Below are positions 31,364 to 40,317 of a DNA stretch of 64,000 bases, one piece after another. Each line of letters begins with the position of its first letter. The stretch's first letter is position 1. The notes under the pieces were generated by a model, which searched no databases, was not told the origin of the DNA, and saw only the letters and a list, made by a program, of their open reading frames with translations. The stretch comes from Alphaproteobacteria bacterium (GTDB taxonomy: Bacteria > Pseudomonadota > Alphaproteobacteria > MPNO01): positions 640,001 through 704,000 of the forward strand of contig OZ219865.1 of assembly GCA_964291675.2 (NCBI GenBank), read 5' to 3'. The position numbers were made by a program, and so were the translations under genes.

Positions 31364-32253
31364 GCGCGACCGCCGACGGCGAAGGCAACACGCTCCGCGC
31401 CATGGCGATGATGCTGGTGGCGACCGTCGCGTTCACCTCCATGCACGCGATGATCCGCCACACGGCGGAGGGGCTTCACCCCTTCGAGGTCGCGTTCTTT
31501 CGCAACCTGTTCGGCCTCGTCTTCCTCGCCCCGGTGCTGTTCCGCTACGGCATCGCGCCGCTCAGGACGCGCAAGCTCAAGGTGCATGCGCTGCGCGGCA
31601 TCCTCAACCTCGCCTCGATGCTGTGCTTCTTCTACGCGGTCACCATCGCGCCCTTCGCCGACGTGACCGCGCTCACCTTCACTGCGCCGATCTTCGCCAG
31701 CGCGCTGGCGATCGTGTTTTTGGGCGAACGCGTCGGCGCGGTGCGCTGGGCGTCGATCGTCATCGGCTTCTTCGGGGCGATCGTGATCCTCCGCCCCGGC
31801 TTCGGCGAGATCGGGCTCGGCCCGATTCTGACCGTGACCGCGGCGCTGCTCTGGGCGCTCGCGATGCTGGTCATCAAGACCCTGACGCGGACCGAATCGA
31901 GCCTCACCATCACCGCCTACATGATGATCGTGCTGGCGCCGATGTCGTTCTTCGCCGCGCTGCCGTTCTGGACCTGGCCGGCGCCGGGGCAGTATCTTGA
32001 GCTGTTCATCCTCGCCGCGCTCGGCACGTGCGGGCATCTCTGCCTCAACCAGGCGCTCAAGGAGGGCGACACCAGCCTGGTCTCGCCGGTCGACTACGTC
32101 CGGCTGGTCTGGGCGGCGCTGATCGGCTATCTCGCATTCGGCGAGGTGCCGGACGCGATGACCTGGATCGGCGGCCTCATGATCTGCGCCGGCGCCTGCT
32201 TCGTCGCCTGGCACGAGGGGCGGCGCAAACCCGGGACGAGGGAGGCGGCGTGA
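31360..32253 (+). CDS. DMT/EamA family transporter
   Basis: About 10 TM segments, FFRNLFG, FTAPIF, LGERVG, ILRPG; probable TTG start overlapping upstream stop. Confidence 0.87.
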   Translation: MSATADGEGNTLRAMAMMLVATVAFTSMHAMIRHTAEGLHPFEVAFFRNLFGLVFLAPVLFRYGIAPLRTRKLKVHALRGILNLASMLCFFYAVTIAPFADVTALTFTAPIFASALAIVFLGERVGAVRWASIVIGFFGAIVILRPGFGEIGLGPILTVTAALLWALAMLVIKTLTRTESSLTITAYMMIVLAPMSFFAALPFWTWPAPGQYLELFILAALGTCGHLCLNQALKEGDTSLVSPVDYVRLVWAALIGYLAFGEVPDAMTWIGGLMICAGACFVAWHEGRRKPGTREAA

Positions 32254-33128
32254 TGGAGAGGTTCGCGATCGGCGACGTGGAGGTCGCCAGCATCGTCGAG
32301 CGCGACGGCCCCTGGCGCAACCCGCTGGTCATGTATCCGGGCGCCGGGCGGGAGCAGGTGGACGAGCATCTGCGCGGCCTGCCGGGCTTCGTCTACGACG
32401 CCGCGCAGGACCTGCTGGTCATCACCTACCAGACCTTCGTGCTCAGATCGCCCCGCCACACCGTGCTGATCGACACCTGCGTCGGCGCCGACAAGCCCAA
32501 CCGGGGCGCCTGGCTCGACTACCCCAAGCAGCCCTGGCTCGACGGCTTCGCCGCCCTCGGCCTCCGCTTCGAGGACATCGACTACGTGTTCTGCACCCAT
32601 CTCCATGTCGATCACTGCGGCTGGAACACCCGGCTGGTCGACGGGCGCTGGGTGCCGACCTTCCCGCGCGCCAGATACGTGTTCGGCAGGCGGGAGTACG
32701 AGTTCTGGGCCGCCGAGACCGAAAAGGGCGCCGACCCGCCGGGCGACATCTGGCGCGATTCCTGCCTGCCGGTGGTCGAGGCCGGCCAGGCGCTGCTGGT
32801 CGACGACGACTACGCGCTCGACGATTCGATCTGGCTCACCCCGACGCCGGGCCACACGCCGGGCCATGTCTGCGTGAACCTGCGCTCGAACGGCATGCGC
32901 GCGGTGTTCACCGGCGATCTGATGCACCACGCCTTGCAATGCCGCGAGCCCGACTGGCATTCCTGCTTCTGCTGGGACACCGCGATGTCGAACCGCTCGC
33001 GGCGGACGATCCTCGAATCGGTCGCCGACACCGACACGCTGGTCGTGCCCTGCCACTTTCCCGGCACCACCGCGGGGCGGGTGGTTTCCGACGGCGAGCG
33101 TTTCGACTACCGTTTTCGCGGCGCCTGA
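32253..33128 (+). CDS. MBL-fold metallo-hydrolase
   Basis: LIDTC, THLHVDHCG, TPGHTPGH, GDLMH, PCHF. Confidence 0.92.
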   Translation: MERFAIGDVEVASIVERDGPWRNPLVMYPGAGREQVDEHLRGLPGFVYDAAQDLLVITYQTFVLRSPRHTVLIDTCVGADKPNRGAWLDYPKQPWLDGFAALGLRFEDIDYVFCTHLHVDHCGWNTRLVDGRWVPTFPRARYVFGRREYEFWAAETEKGADPPGDIWRDSCLPVVEAGQALLVDDDYALDDSIWLTPTPGHTPGHVCVNLRSNGMRAVFTGDLMHHALQCREPDWHSCFCWDTAMSNRSRRTILESVADTDTLVVPCHFPGTTAGRVVSDGERFDYRFRGA

Positions 33129-33158
33129 GACCGAACGCCGCCCACAGGGAGACGAGAG

Positions 33159-34154
33159 ATGAGGAAGACCATCGTGATCGCCGCGGCCGCGTCCCTCGCC
33201 GCGACGGCGGCGAGCGCCAAGACATACGACATGAAATGCGGCTTCGTGACGGTCAACGACTCGCAGCACCGCTCGGCCGAGATTTTCAGGGACAAGGTCG
33301 CCGAGAAGACCGGCGGCGAGGTCGACGTGCGCATCTTCCCGCTCGCCCAGCTCGGCACCATCCCGCGCCAGGTCGAGGGCATCCAGCTCGGCACCCAGGA
33401 ATGCTTCATCTCGCCGCCCGGCTTCTTCGTCGGCCTCAACCAGGCGTTTCAGGCGCCCGACGCCCCCGCTTTGTTCGACTCCCAGATGCACCAGCACCGC
33501 ACGCTCAACCACCCGACGGTGCGCGAGAAATTCCTCGCGCTCGCCTCGCATGCCGGCATCGTCGGCAACTACACCTGGTCGGCCGGCGCGACGGCGGTGG
33601 CCTCCAGGCGGCCGATCGAGACGCTCGACGACTTCAAGGGCCGCAAGATCCGGGTGCTCGCCACCAAGATGGAGATCGCGACGCTCAAGACCGTCGGCGC
33701 CGCCGGCATCCCGATGCCCTATTCCGAGGTCCTGCCGGCGCTCCAGCGCAAGGGGATCGACGGGGTCAGGAGCGGCATCATCGTCATGGGGCCGTCCAAG
33801 TTCTACACCGTCGCCAAATACATCTACAACGAGAAGTCGGCCTTCATCCCGAGCGGCATGTGGCTCAACCGCAAATGGCTCGACGGCCTGCCGGCCCAGC
33901 ACCGCGCGGCGATCTTCGACATCGGCAAGGAGATGGGCGACATCACCGGCAAGATCGCCATCGAGATCACCGCCAAGTGGGAGAAGCTCTGGGTCGAGAA
34001 GGGCGGCACGGTCACAGAGCCCACCGCCGCCGACCGCGAAGAGCTGTTCCGCCGCACCCGCCCGCTCGGCGACGAGTTTTTGGGCAAGAACCCCAAGATC
34101 GCGCCGATGTACAACCTCATCAAGGCAGCCGCCGAGGCGACGCGGGGGCAGTAG
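33159..34154 (+). CDS. TRAP transporter substrate-binding protein (DctP family)
   Basis: Signal peptide, IFP.AQLG, DFKGRKIRV, PMPYSEV.PALQ...IDG. Confidence 0.92.
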   Translation: MRKTIVIAAAASLAATAASAKTYDMKCGFVTVNDSQHRSAEIFRDKVAEKTGGEVDVRIFPLAQLGTIPRQVEGIQLGTQECFISPPGFFVGLNQAFQAPDAPALFDSQMHQHRTLNHPTVREKFLALASHAGIVGNYTWSAGATAVASRRPIETLDDFKGRKIRVLATKMEIATLKTVGAAGIPMPYSEVLPALQRKGIDGVRSGIIVMGPSKFYTVAKYIYNEKSAFIPSGMWLNRKWLDGLPAQHRAAIFDIGKEMGDITGKIAIEITAKWEKLWVEKGGTVTEPTAADREELFRRTRPLGDEFLGKNPKIAPMYNLIKAAAEATRGQ

Positions 34155-34160
34155 GGCGGG
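33901..34160 (+). repeat. 260-bp direct repeat copy 1 (3' end of dctP-like gene plus stop)
   Basis: Aligns without gaps to 34570-34829 with 7 mismatches by manual comparison. Confidence 0.95.
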
Positions 34161-34219
34161 GCTATCCGCCGTTCCGATCCTGCCGTTTTCGATACTGAGG
34201 TGTAGCGGCGTTCCTGGGT

Positions 34220-34459
34220 CTACAGACCGGGCAAGAGCTTAACGGCGGCGACGATCACACCCGCGGTCCCGACCATGCGCCAAGTGAGGCGCGTTTCCGA
34301 CGCGGCGATCTCCGACTTGAGATCGGTCTTGGTCGCCAAGTCGGACCGGTTGGCCTCGGCGGCCTCGCTTGCCGCTTCGGCAACCGCTTCGGCCTGTCGT
34401 CGGTCCATGCCCGCCTCTTCCAGGCGGCGGGCGACGGCGAGGGTATTGAGCGCGGTCAT
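34220..34459 (-). CDS. small DUF1640/CCDC90-like coiled-coil protein with C-terminal TM
   Basis: MTALNTLAVARRLEEAGMDRRQAEAVA...LATKTDL...ETRLTWRMVGTAGVIVAAVKLL matches the F/L-D/N-TL...L..AG....QAEA and LATK.DL pattern. Confidence 0.75.
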   Translation of the reverse strand: MTALNTLAVARRLEEAGMDRRQAEAVAEAASEAAEANRSDLATKTDLKSEIAASETRLTWRMVGTAGVIVAAVKLLPGL

Positions 34460-34569
34460 GGTCACCCTCGGTGGCGTTGGCCGCGGAGCTGACGACGACA
34501 GGGCCGAGCGCCTACCCAAGCGAACGTGGCACGGTTACGCTCATTTCGCAACACGGGACCCCAGAACGA

Positions 34570-34829
34570 ACCGCGCGGCAGTCTTCGACATCGGCAGGGA
34601 GATGGGCGACATCACCGGCAAGATCGCCATCGAGATCACCGCCAAGTGGGAGAAGCTCTGGGTCGAGAAGGGCGGCACGGTCACCGAGCCCACCGCCGCC
34701 GACCGCGAAGAGCTGTTCCGCCGCACCCGCCCCCTCGGCGACGAGTTTTTGGGCAAGAACCCCAAGATCGCGCCGATGTACAACCTCATCAAGGCAGCCG
34801 CCGAGGCGACACGGGGGAAGTAGGGCGGG
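34570..34829 (+). pseudogene. 260-bp direct repeat copy 2: orphan 3' fragment of the dctP-like gene
   Basis: Encodes RAAVFDIGREMGDITGK...AEATRGK* with no upstream part of the gene. Confidence 0.9.
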
Positions 34830-34850
34830 ATCGCGCGGCGTCCCTCGTCG

Positions 34851-34940
34851 TTTCGACCGAGCGGAGTGTGCGGAGAAACCTCCTGCACGCGGCGGGGAGA
34901 TTTCTCCGCTCCGCCTCCGCCCGGTCGGCTCCGGTTGAAA
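34851..34940. repeat. palindromic MITE/REP-like element (second family)
   Basis: TTTCGACCG...CCGGTTGAAA outer IR; GCGGAGAAACCTCC (34870-34883)/GGAGATTTCTCCGC (34896-34909) inner IR, 13/14 match. Confidence 0.7.
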
Positions 34941-35080
34941 TCAGGTGGCCCTGGCAAATCGCACAATTCGATAAGGTGCATTCCTCCGTCGGACGGTGGA
35001 ATACACCTTAACCGAGCCGCCAACCCGTCCGAATAGGCGAAGCCACCTCACCGAGCCGCCAAGACCGCGAGAGCCATCAA

Positions 35081-35713
35081 TCAACCGCATCCGAGAGGTT
35101 CGGGCCAGTAGTAGTGCACCGGCCCAAGGCAGTAACTGAACGGGTCCTGCTCCAAGGAATGGCGTTGCTCGGCCAGGTCGGTCGTCCAGCACCCGCTGAA
35201 GCCCTCCCTGGCACTCACGGCGCAGATCGCCGCATCTCGCTCGTGTTCGTTCCTTCCATTTGCGCTGATGCAGAACCGCTCAGCGAAGCACCGAAACATG
35301 GATTCGTGATCGCCGCTGAGATCGAGTTCAAGTGTGCGCGCATGTAGCACGACCTTCGGGTGCGCTTCAGTGATCTTCGTGTCAGGAAACTCTTCTCGAA
35401 TCTTGTAAGCCAGCATCGCACCGCCTATGAGCGCGGCTCCTTGGAGTGAATTGATGGCCAGCACTCGGCGTGACGCAGCGAGATATTTGTCGCGCAACCT
35501 GCAATCCGCCTTGCGCCAGCCGCCTGCGCTCGTTGACCACCACATCGGCGCGTCGATGCCCAAGCCGAGCGGCTTGCCCCTGCTAAGGATTCGATCAACA
35601 GCTTCCTCTGCGGAAGAAACCGTCTCGCACTTCAACTCGCCGGATTTCGTGAGGAAAGCGAGACCGAATTTCTTTATCCCGCCGGGATCGGCGCCTACCC
35701 AAAATTCACTCAT
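35081..35713 (-). CDS. DUF429 family protein (predicted RNase H-fold nuclease)
   Basis: VGADPGG, GIDAP, R.AD..LR, EAHPK, HERDAAICA; codon usage visibly less GC-biased than neighbours; start MSEFW. Confidence 0.72.
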   Translation of the reverse strand: MSEFWVGADPGGIKKFGLAFLTKSGELKCETVSSAEEAVDRILSRGKPLGLGIDAPMWWSTSAGGWRKADCRLRDKYLAASRRVLAINSLQGAALIGGAMLAYKIREEFPDTKITEAHPKVVLHARTLELDLSGDHESMFRCFAERFCISANGRNEHERDAAICAVSAREGFSGCWTTDLAEQRHSLEQDPFSYCLGPVHYYWPEPLGCG

Positions 35714-35787
35714 CGACTTCTCCGATCGACTTGCTGACATAGCTCTACTCGCCACTACCCATGATGACGCTAACCCCTCGAAAAAAC

Positions 35788-35864
35788 TGGCGCGCCCGGC
35801 AGGATTCGAACCTGCGACCTGCGGATTAGAAGTCCGCTGCTCTATCCGGCTGAGCTACGGGCGC
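35788..35864 (-). tRNA. tRNA-Arg (anticodon TCT)
   Basis: GCGCCCGTAGCTCAGCCGGATAGAGCAGCGGACTTCTAATCCGCAGGTCGCAGGTTCGAATCCTGCCGGGCGCGCCA; cloverleaf, TTCGAA T-loop, CCA end. Confidence 0.97.
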
Positions 35865-35938
35865 GCGGATTGGCGGTGGCCGCGCCTTGTCTTACAACAG
35901 GGGGGCGCATTTGACACCCCTGTTCGCGGAGCCCCGGC

Positions 35939-37024
35939 ATGCCCGACCTCTCGGCGTTCTCCCCCGACTACTGGACCGCGCGCCAAAAGTTCCGCGAGGC
36001 CGCGCGGGCGGCGGGGGCGGCGCTCGTGGATCACGTCAACCCGGCCGCCCCGCCTTCCGGGCATGACGGGAAGCTGACGACCGATGTCGCGGTGCTCGGT
36101 CCCGCCGATGCCGGGCTTGTGCTGCTGGTCAATGCCGGCACGCACGGGGTCGAGGCCTTCGCCGGCTCGGCGATCGAGATCGCCCTGCTCGCGCGCCGGC
36201 CCGCGCTGCCCGACGATACCCGGGTCGTGCTGGTGCATGCCATCAACCCGCACGGCTTCGCCTGGCTGCGCCGGGTGACCGAGAACAATGTCGACCTCAA
36301 CCGCAACTTCCTCGATCACGGCGGGCCGCACCCGGCGAACGAGGCCTATGGCAAGATCCACAAGCTGCTCTGCCCGGAGCGCTGGGACGAGCCGACCCTC
36401 GCCGAGATGGGGCGGACGATCGATTCCTATATCGAGAAGCACGGCGCGTTCGCGCTGCAGGCCGTGGTGACGCGCGGCCAGTACGACCACGCGGACGGGC
36501 TGTTCTACGGCGGCCGGCGGCCGGCATGGTCGAACGCGACCTTCCGCGCCATCCTGGATGCGCACGTGGCCGGGGCGCGCAGGGTCGCCTTCATCGACCT
36601 GCATACCGGGCTCGGCGGCTATGGCGATGCCGAGCTGATCGGCGGCGGGGCTCCGTCGACGCCGGGCGGGCGGCGGATGCGCGACTGGTACGGCGACATC
36701 GTCACTTCGCCCGCTTCCGGCACCTCGTCCTCGGCGCCGCTGACGGGCGTGATCGCCCGCGCGGTGCGCGAGGCGGCGGGCGGCGCCGAGGTGATCAGCG
36801 CCACCCTCGAATTCGGCACCTACCCGGTGCGCGAGGTCCTGCACGCGCTGCAGGCGGATAACTGGCTGCATGTCCACGGCGAGGTGGACAGCCCGCTCGG
36901 CCGCGAGATCAAGGCGGATATCAGGAAGCGGCTGTTCCCGGACGAGGATTCGTGGAAGGAACGCGTGCTGGACCAGGGGGTGCGCATCGTGAACCGGGCG
37001 CTTGAGGGGCTCGCCGGCGGCTGA
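35939..37024 (+). CDS. M14-type metallocarboxypeptidase (DUF2817-like)
   Basis: GTHGVE, HAINPHG, NNVDLNRNF, IDLHTG, LEFGT. Confidence 0.88.
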   Translation: MPDLSAFSPDYWTARQKFREAARAAGAALVDHVNPAAPPSGHDGKLTTDVAVLGPADAGLVLLVNAGTHGVEAFAGSAIEIALLARRPALPDDTRVVLVHAINPHGFAWLRRVTENNVDLNRNFLDHGGPHPANEAYGKIHKLLCPERWDEPTLAEMGRTIDSYIEKHGAFALQAVVTRGQYDHADGLFYGGRRPAWSNATFRAILDAHVAGARRVAFIDLHTGLGGYGDAELIGGGAPSTPGGRRMRDWYGDIVTSPASGTSSSAPLTGVIARAVREAAGGAEVISATLEFGTYPVREVLHALQADNWLHVHGEVDSPLGREIKADIRKRLFPDEDSWKERVLDQGVRIVNRALEGLAGG

Positions 37025-37027
37025 GCC

Positions 37028-37336
37028 TCAATGGGTCCAGTTGCCCTCGCGGCCGAAGCGGAAATTGTCGGCATAGCTCTTGGGCCGCAGCCGGCGCTCG
37101 CGCGCGGGCTCCACCGCGTAGCTCAGGCCGTTGCGCCGGGCATAGGCGACGGCGTCGTCCTCGCTGTCGAATTCGAGCCGCACCTGCCGGCGGGTGTCGC
37201 CGCGCCCGGCCCAGCCCATCAGCGAATCGCGGCGCTGCGCGAGCGCGGTCGGGAACTCCAGCACCCATTTCGCCGAGCGCGCGCGGCCCGACTGGGTCGC
37301 GGTCTTGGCCGGGCGGTAGATCTTCACGTCGCTCAT
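37028..37336 (-). CDS. ETC complex I subunit (NDUFS4-like)
   Basis: IYRPAKTATQSG, LMGW, QVRLEF, KSYADNF; start MSDVKIY. Confidence 0.92.
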   Translation of the reverse strand: MSDVKIYRPAKTATQSGRARSAKWVLEFPTALAQRRDSLMGWAGRGDTRRQVRLEFDSEDDAVAYARRNGLSYAVEPARERRLRPKSYADNFRFGREGNWTH

Positions 37337-37361
37337 CGTCTGCCCCGAAGCCCTAGGGCGC

Positions 37362-37438
37362 TGGTCGGGGCGGCAGGATTCGAACCTGCGACCCCCTGCT
37401 CCCAAAGCAGGTGCGCTACCAGGCTGCGCCACGCCCCG
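37362..37438 (-). tRNA. tRNA-Pro (anticodon TGG)
   Basis: CGGGGCGTGGCGCAGCCTGGTAGCGCACCTGCTTTGGGAGCAGGGGGTCGCAGGTTCGAATCCTGCCGCCCCGACCA. Confidence 0.97.
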
Positions 37439-37604
37439 CCGGAGCTATGTAGGGCGAATTGGGGGAGAGCGCAACATGGAGGGCGGCCCACCCCCATCGC
37501 CATGCCTCCAGACGCATCGCCGTGCGTGCGGAGGGGCCATGACGCGGAGGGGCGCCGGGAGCGGGATCTCTCCGCTGCGCGCCGGTCGAATTCCGGGATG
37601 TGGC

Positions 37605-38561
37605 TCAGGCCAGGGCGGCGCGGATGTAGGCGGCCGACTCCTTCGCCGCGTCGACGGCGAGGTCGATCCCGCCCAGCATGAACATGAAGCCGTGGATGGT
37701 GGTCTCCAGCACGCGGTAGGTCGCGGGCACGCCGGCGGCGGCAAGCGCGTCGACGAAGGCCGCGTTGTCGTCGCGGCGGGGATCGAACCCGGCGGTCATC
37801 AGAAAGGTCGGCGGCAGGATGGAGAAATCGGCCATCCTCATCGGCGCGACCAGCGGGTCGGCGAGGTCGGACGGGGCGTTGAGGTAATGCCCCATCGACC
37901 ACTTCATCAGCCCCGAATTGAGGAAATAGCCCTCCGACAGGGTGCGCATCGACTCGGTCTCGGGCCCGCCGGCGGTCCCCGGATACCACAGGAACTGGTG
38001 CGCGATCCTGGGCCCGCCGCGGCGCTGGGCGAGCTGGCAGACCCCGATGGCGAGCGTGCCGCCGGACGAATCGCCGGCGACGGCGATGCGCGCCGGATCG
38101 GCGCCGATCTCCCCCGCATGGGCGGCCGCCCAGGAAGCGGCGGCGTAAGCATCCTCGTGCGCGGCGGGGAATCTGTGCTCCGGCGCGCGCCGGTAGGCGA
38201 CCGAGAGGACCAGGCAGCCGGCGCCTTCGGCGATCAGCCGGCAGAAGCTGTCATGCGTCTCGATGCCGCCGAAGACGTAGCCGCCGGCATGGAAGAAGAC
38301 GACCAGCGGCAGCGCGCCGCCCGCCCCCGAGGGCCGGTATCGCCGCGCCGCGAGGGTCTGCCCGGCTTCGGGCCCCGGGATCTTCAGGTCGTCGGCCGCG
38401 CCGATCGGGGGTTTCGGGTCGAGGTCCCATTTGCGCACGAAATCCTCGATATGCCGCCTCGCTTCGGCGGGCGACATGTCGGCCACCTGGGCGACGCCGG
38501 GCCCGTCGAGGTCGGCCAGCACACGCGCGGTCCGGGGGTCGGGCTCGCGTCCTGCCGCCAT
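37605..38561 (-). CDS. alpha/beta hydrolase (HSL-family esterase)
   Basis: HAGGY (HGGG-like), YRRAPEHRFPA, GDSSGG, FDP..D, HGF. Confidence 0.92.
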   Translation of the reverse strand: MAAGREPDPRTARVLADLDGPGVAQVADMSPAEARRHIEDFVRKWDLDPKPPIGAADDLKIPGPEAGQTLAARRYRPSGAGGALPLVVFFHAGGYVFGGIETHDSFCRLIAEGAGCLVLSVAYRRAPEHRFPAAHEDAYAAASWAAAHAGEIGADPARIAVAGDSSGGTLAIGVCQLAQRRGGPRIAHQFLWYPGTAGGPETESMRTLSEGYFLNSGLMKWSMGHYLNAPSDLADPLVAPMRMADFSILPPTFLMTAGFDPRRDDNAAFVDALAAAGVPATYRVLETTIHGFMFMLGGIDLAVDAAKESAAYIRAALA

Positions 38562-38564
38562 CGC

Positions 38565-39170
38565 CTATCCGCCGCGCGCCCGGGAGAGCGGCTTGGCCCC
38601 CCGGAAGCCCAGCCTGGGCCCTTGCCGGTCGGGGCGGTGGAGCGCGTCCACGCGCTGCATCGAGGCCCAGGCCCGGTCGCGTGCGGCATAGTAGTCGGCG
38701 TTGGCGTCGATCATCCATCCGGCCTCTTCGGCGTCGATCCCGCGCAGCACCCGGGCCGGAACGCCGGCGGCGATGGTCCGTTCCGGGACCTCGAACTCGG
38801 CGCGGACGAAGGCGAGCGCAGCCACGATCGCCTGGGCGCCGACCACCGCCCCGTCCATCACCACCGCGTTCATGCCGATCAGCGCCCGGTCGCCCACCGA
38901 GCAGCCGTGCAGCACCGCGCCATGGCCGACCGAGACATCGGCGCCCACCACCGTCTCTCCGCCGGCGAAGCAGTGGACCGTGCAGTTGTCCTGGATGTTG
39001 GAGCCCTCGCCCAGCCGGATCTGGCCGAAATCGCCCCGGAGACTCGCCGAGGGCGCGATATAGCAGCCCGGCCCGACGATCACGTCGCCGATCAGGACCG
39101 CCGTCTCATGGACATAGGCCGTGGGGTGGACGACGGGGATCACCCCGTCGATGGCATAGACCCTGGGCAT
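38565..39170 (-). CDS. gamma-carbonic anhydrase family hexapeptide protein (PaaY/CaiE-like)
   Basis: VYAIDG..PVVHPTAYVH.TAVLIGDV, LRGDFG, NIQDNC..H, GHGAVLHGC. Confidence 0.9.
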   Translation of the reverse strand: MPRVYAIDGVIPVVHPTAYVHETAVLIGDVIVGPGCYIAPSASLRGDFGQIRLGEGSNIQDNCTVHCFAGGETVVGADVSVGHGAVLHGCSVGDRALIGMNAVVMDGAVVGAQAIVAALAFVRAEFEVPERTIAAGVPARVLRGIDAEEAGWMIDANADYYAARDRAWASMQRVDALHRPDRQGPRLGFRGAKPLSRARGG

Positions 39171-39208
39171 TCAGACGTGTTGATGCAACGGGTACAAACG
39201 TGGGTACA
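39171..39208. repeat. att junction (paaY side): core TCAGACGTG plus tandem GGGTACA arm-like sites
   Basis: Core 39171-39179; GGGTACA at 39190-39196 and 39202-39208 (12-bp period). Confidence 0.8.
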
Positions 39209-39402
39209 TCAGCAATTCCGCGAGTTGGGCATTCAGCTATTCGGCGCCAAAGGCACGCGAGCATTCAGGGTTTTGGAGCGTCTTCCGAGCGCAGCAAAGC
39301 ACAGTGCCGATCACGCCGCAACCGAGCCCGAGCCGGGCCGCCTGGTGTCCTGATGCGGACCCGCCGAGCCGCCGGGGCGATAGGCATTTTGAACGCGCGG
39401 CA

Positions 39403-39888
39403 TCAGCGGGCAGCGGTGGGCGCTCGATATCGACAATCGAGCAAGTCACAACATCCCGACGCCAGTTTTTCGACGCCACTCGGCGGCATTGTCCAGCCTG
39501 TCATCCCGCGTAGCGCGATTTCGGCGGTTCGGTATATCGCCCGTCGCGGACACTCTTCGGCCTTCACCCCATCGACGGGCAGCGCGGGCTTGTGGCTGGG
39601 TGTCGTCCCTCCGCCGCGCGGTGCTGACGGCGTGCCGACGTTCGGATCGAAAAGCGCGTAGCCCGTCGCGAACGTGTAGCCGCGCCAGATGTTGACGTGA
39701 AGGACGCCGCACCATCGCGGCTCGCCCGCGTCCGCCTTCGGCACGCATCGTATCGACTTCAACACGCCGCGCCTGGCCGCCTGGTGGGCCGGAGTCTCGT
39801 CGCGCGCGATCCTATAGTCCGCGCCGAAGAACTCGCGAAGTTCCAGCCGTGCCGCTTCGGCTGCCCGTTCCAATCGCGCGTTGGCCAT
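39403..39888 (-). CDS. hypothetical protein (distal satellite gene)
   Basis: MANARLERAAEAARLELREFFG...; GAGGA RBS before ATG 39888; no family recognised. Confidence 0.55.
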   Translation of the reverse strand: MANARLERAAEAARLELREFFGADYRIARDETPAHQAARRGVLKSIRCVPKADAGEPRWCGVLHVNIWRGYTFATGYALFDPNVGTPSAPRGGGTTPSHKPALPVDGVKAEECPRRAIYRTAEIALRGMTGWTMPPSGVEKLASGCCDLLDCRYRAPTAAR

Positions 39889-40142
39889 CGTCCTCAGTCC
39901 TTTGCGTTGTGTCCGAGCGTTGCTGTCGAGATCGTCGCGCGGGGCGCGCTTTTCAAATGCAAATTCGCAGCGTGTTGCAGCGCCAATTGTTGATGCGATG
40001 AATTGTTGATCAGTCACCCAACCCGGGCCTCTTTCCGAGGCTCGCAGAAAAAATTGCACTGGGCCATGCGATGCTGGAACCGCGGCCGAGGCGGCGCGGG
40101 TCCCCTTTCCGGCTGCGGCGCCGGGCTCGCGCGCGTCGGCCA

Positions 40143-40200
40143 GCGGAGATCGCGATGGGCGGAGATCGCGATGGGCGGAGATCGAGCCGAGCGGAGAACG
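40143..40200 (+). repeat. 16-bp tandem repeats (iteron-like)
   Basis: GCGGAGATCGCGATGG x2 perfect, then GCGGAGATCGAGCCGA and GCGGAGAACG. Confidence 0.8.
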
Positions 40201-40317
40201 AATGAGACGCCGCGCCGATCTCTCTTTCATTGGGGGTACTCACTACTACCTCCTATACCAATACCCACTTTCATTGAAAGTATAGATAGACCCTCTCATT
40301 CTCTCGCGACAAGACTA

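Noticed and set aside
34275-34823. 182-aa ORF ending in the DctP C-terminus as a real fusion gene
   Set aside because: Its N-terminal part is the antisense of the DUF1640-like gene and has no RBS; best explained as read-in to the duplicated fragment
33901-34829. Diversity-generating retroelement TR/VR interpretation of the 260-bp repeat
   Set aside because: Mismatches involve A in both directions plus one G/C change, so they are not template-adenine-specific; no reverse transcriptase in the window
35788-37438. tRNA-Arg or tRNA-Pro as the attachment site of the integrase element
   Set aside because: No duplicated tRNA 3' end was found at the element ends, and ordinary host genes lie between the tRNAs and the element; the sufA 3' repeat explains both boundaries
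37544-37593. Degenerate copy of the 34851-34940 palindrome upstream of tRNA-Pro
   Set aside because: Only short partial similarity (GATCTCTCCGCT...CCGGTCGAA); too weak to call
40143-40200. CRISPR array
   Set aside because: 16-bp units are contiguous with no unique spacers; no cas genes
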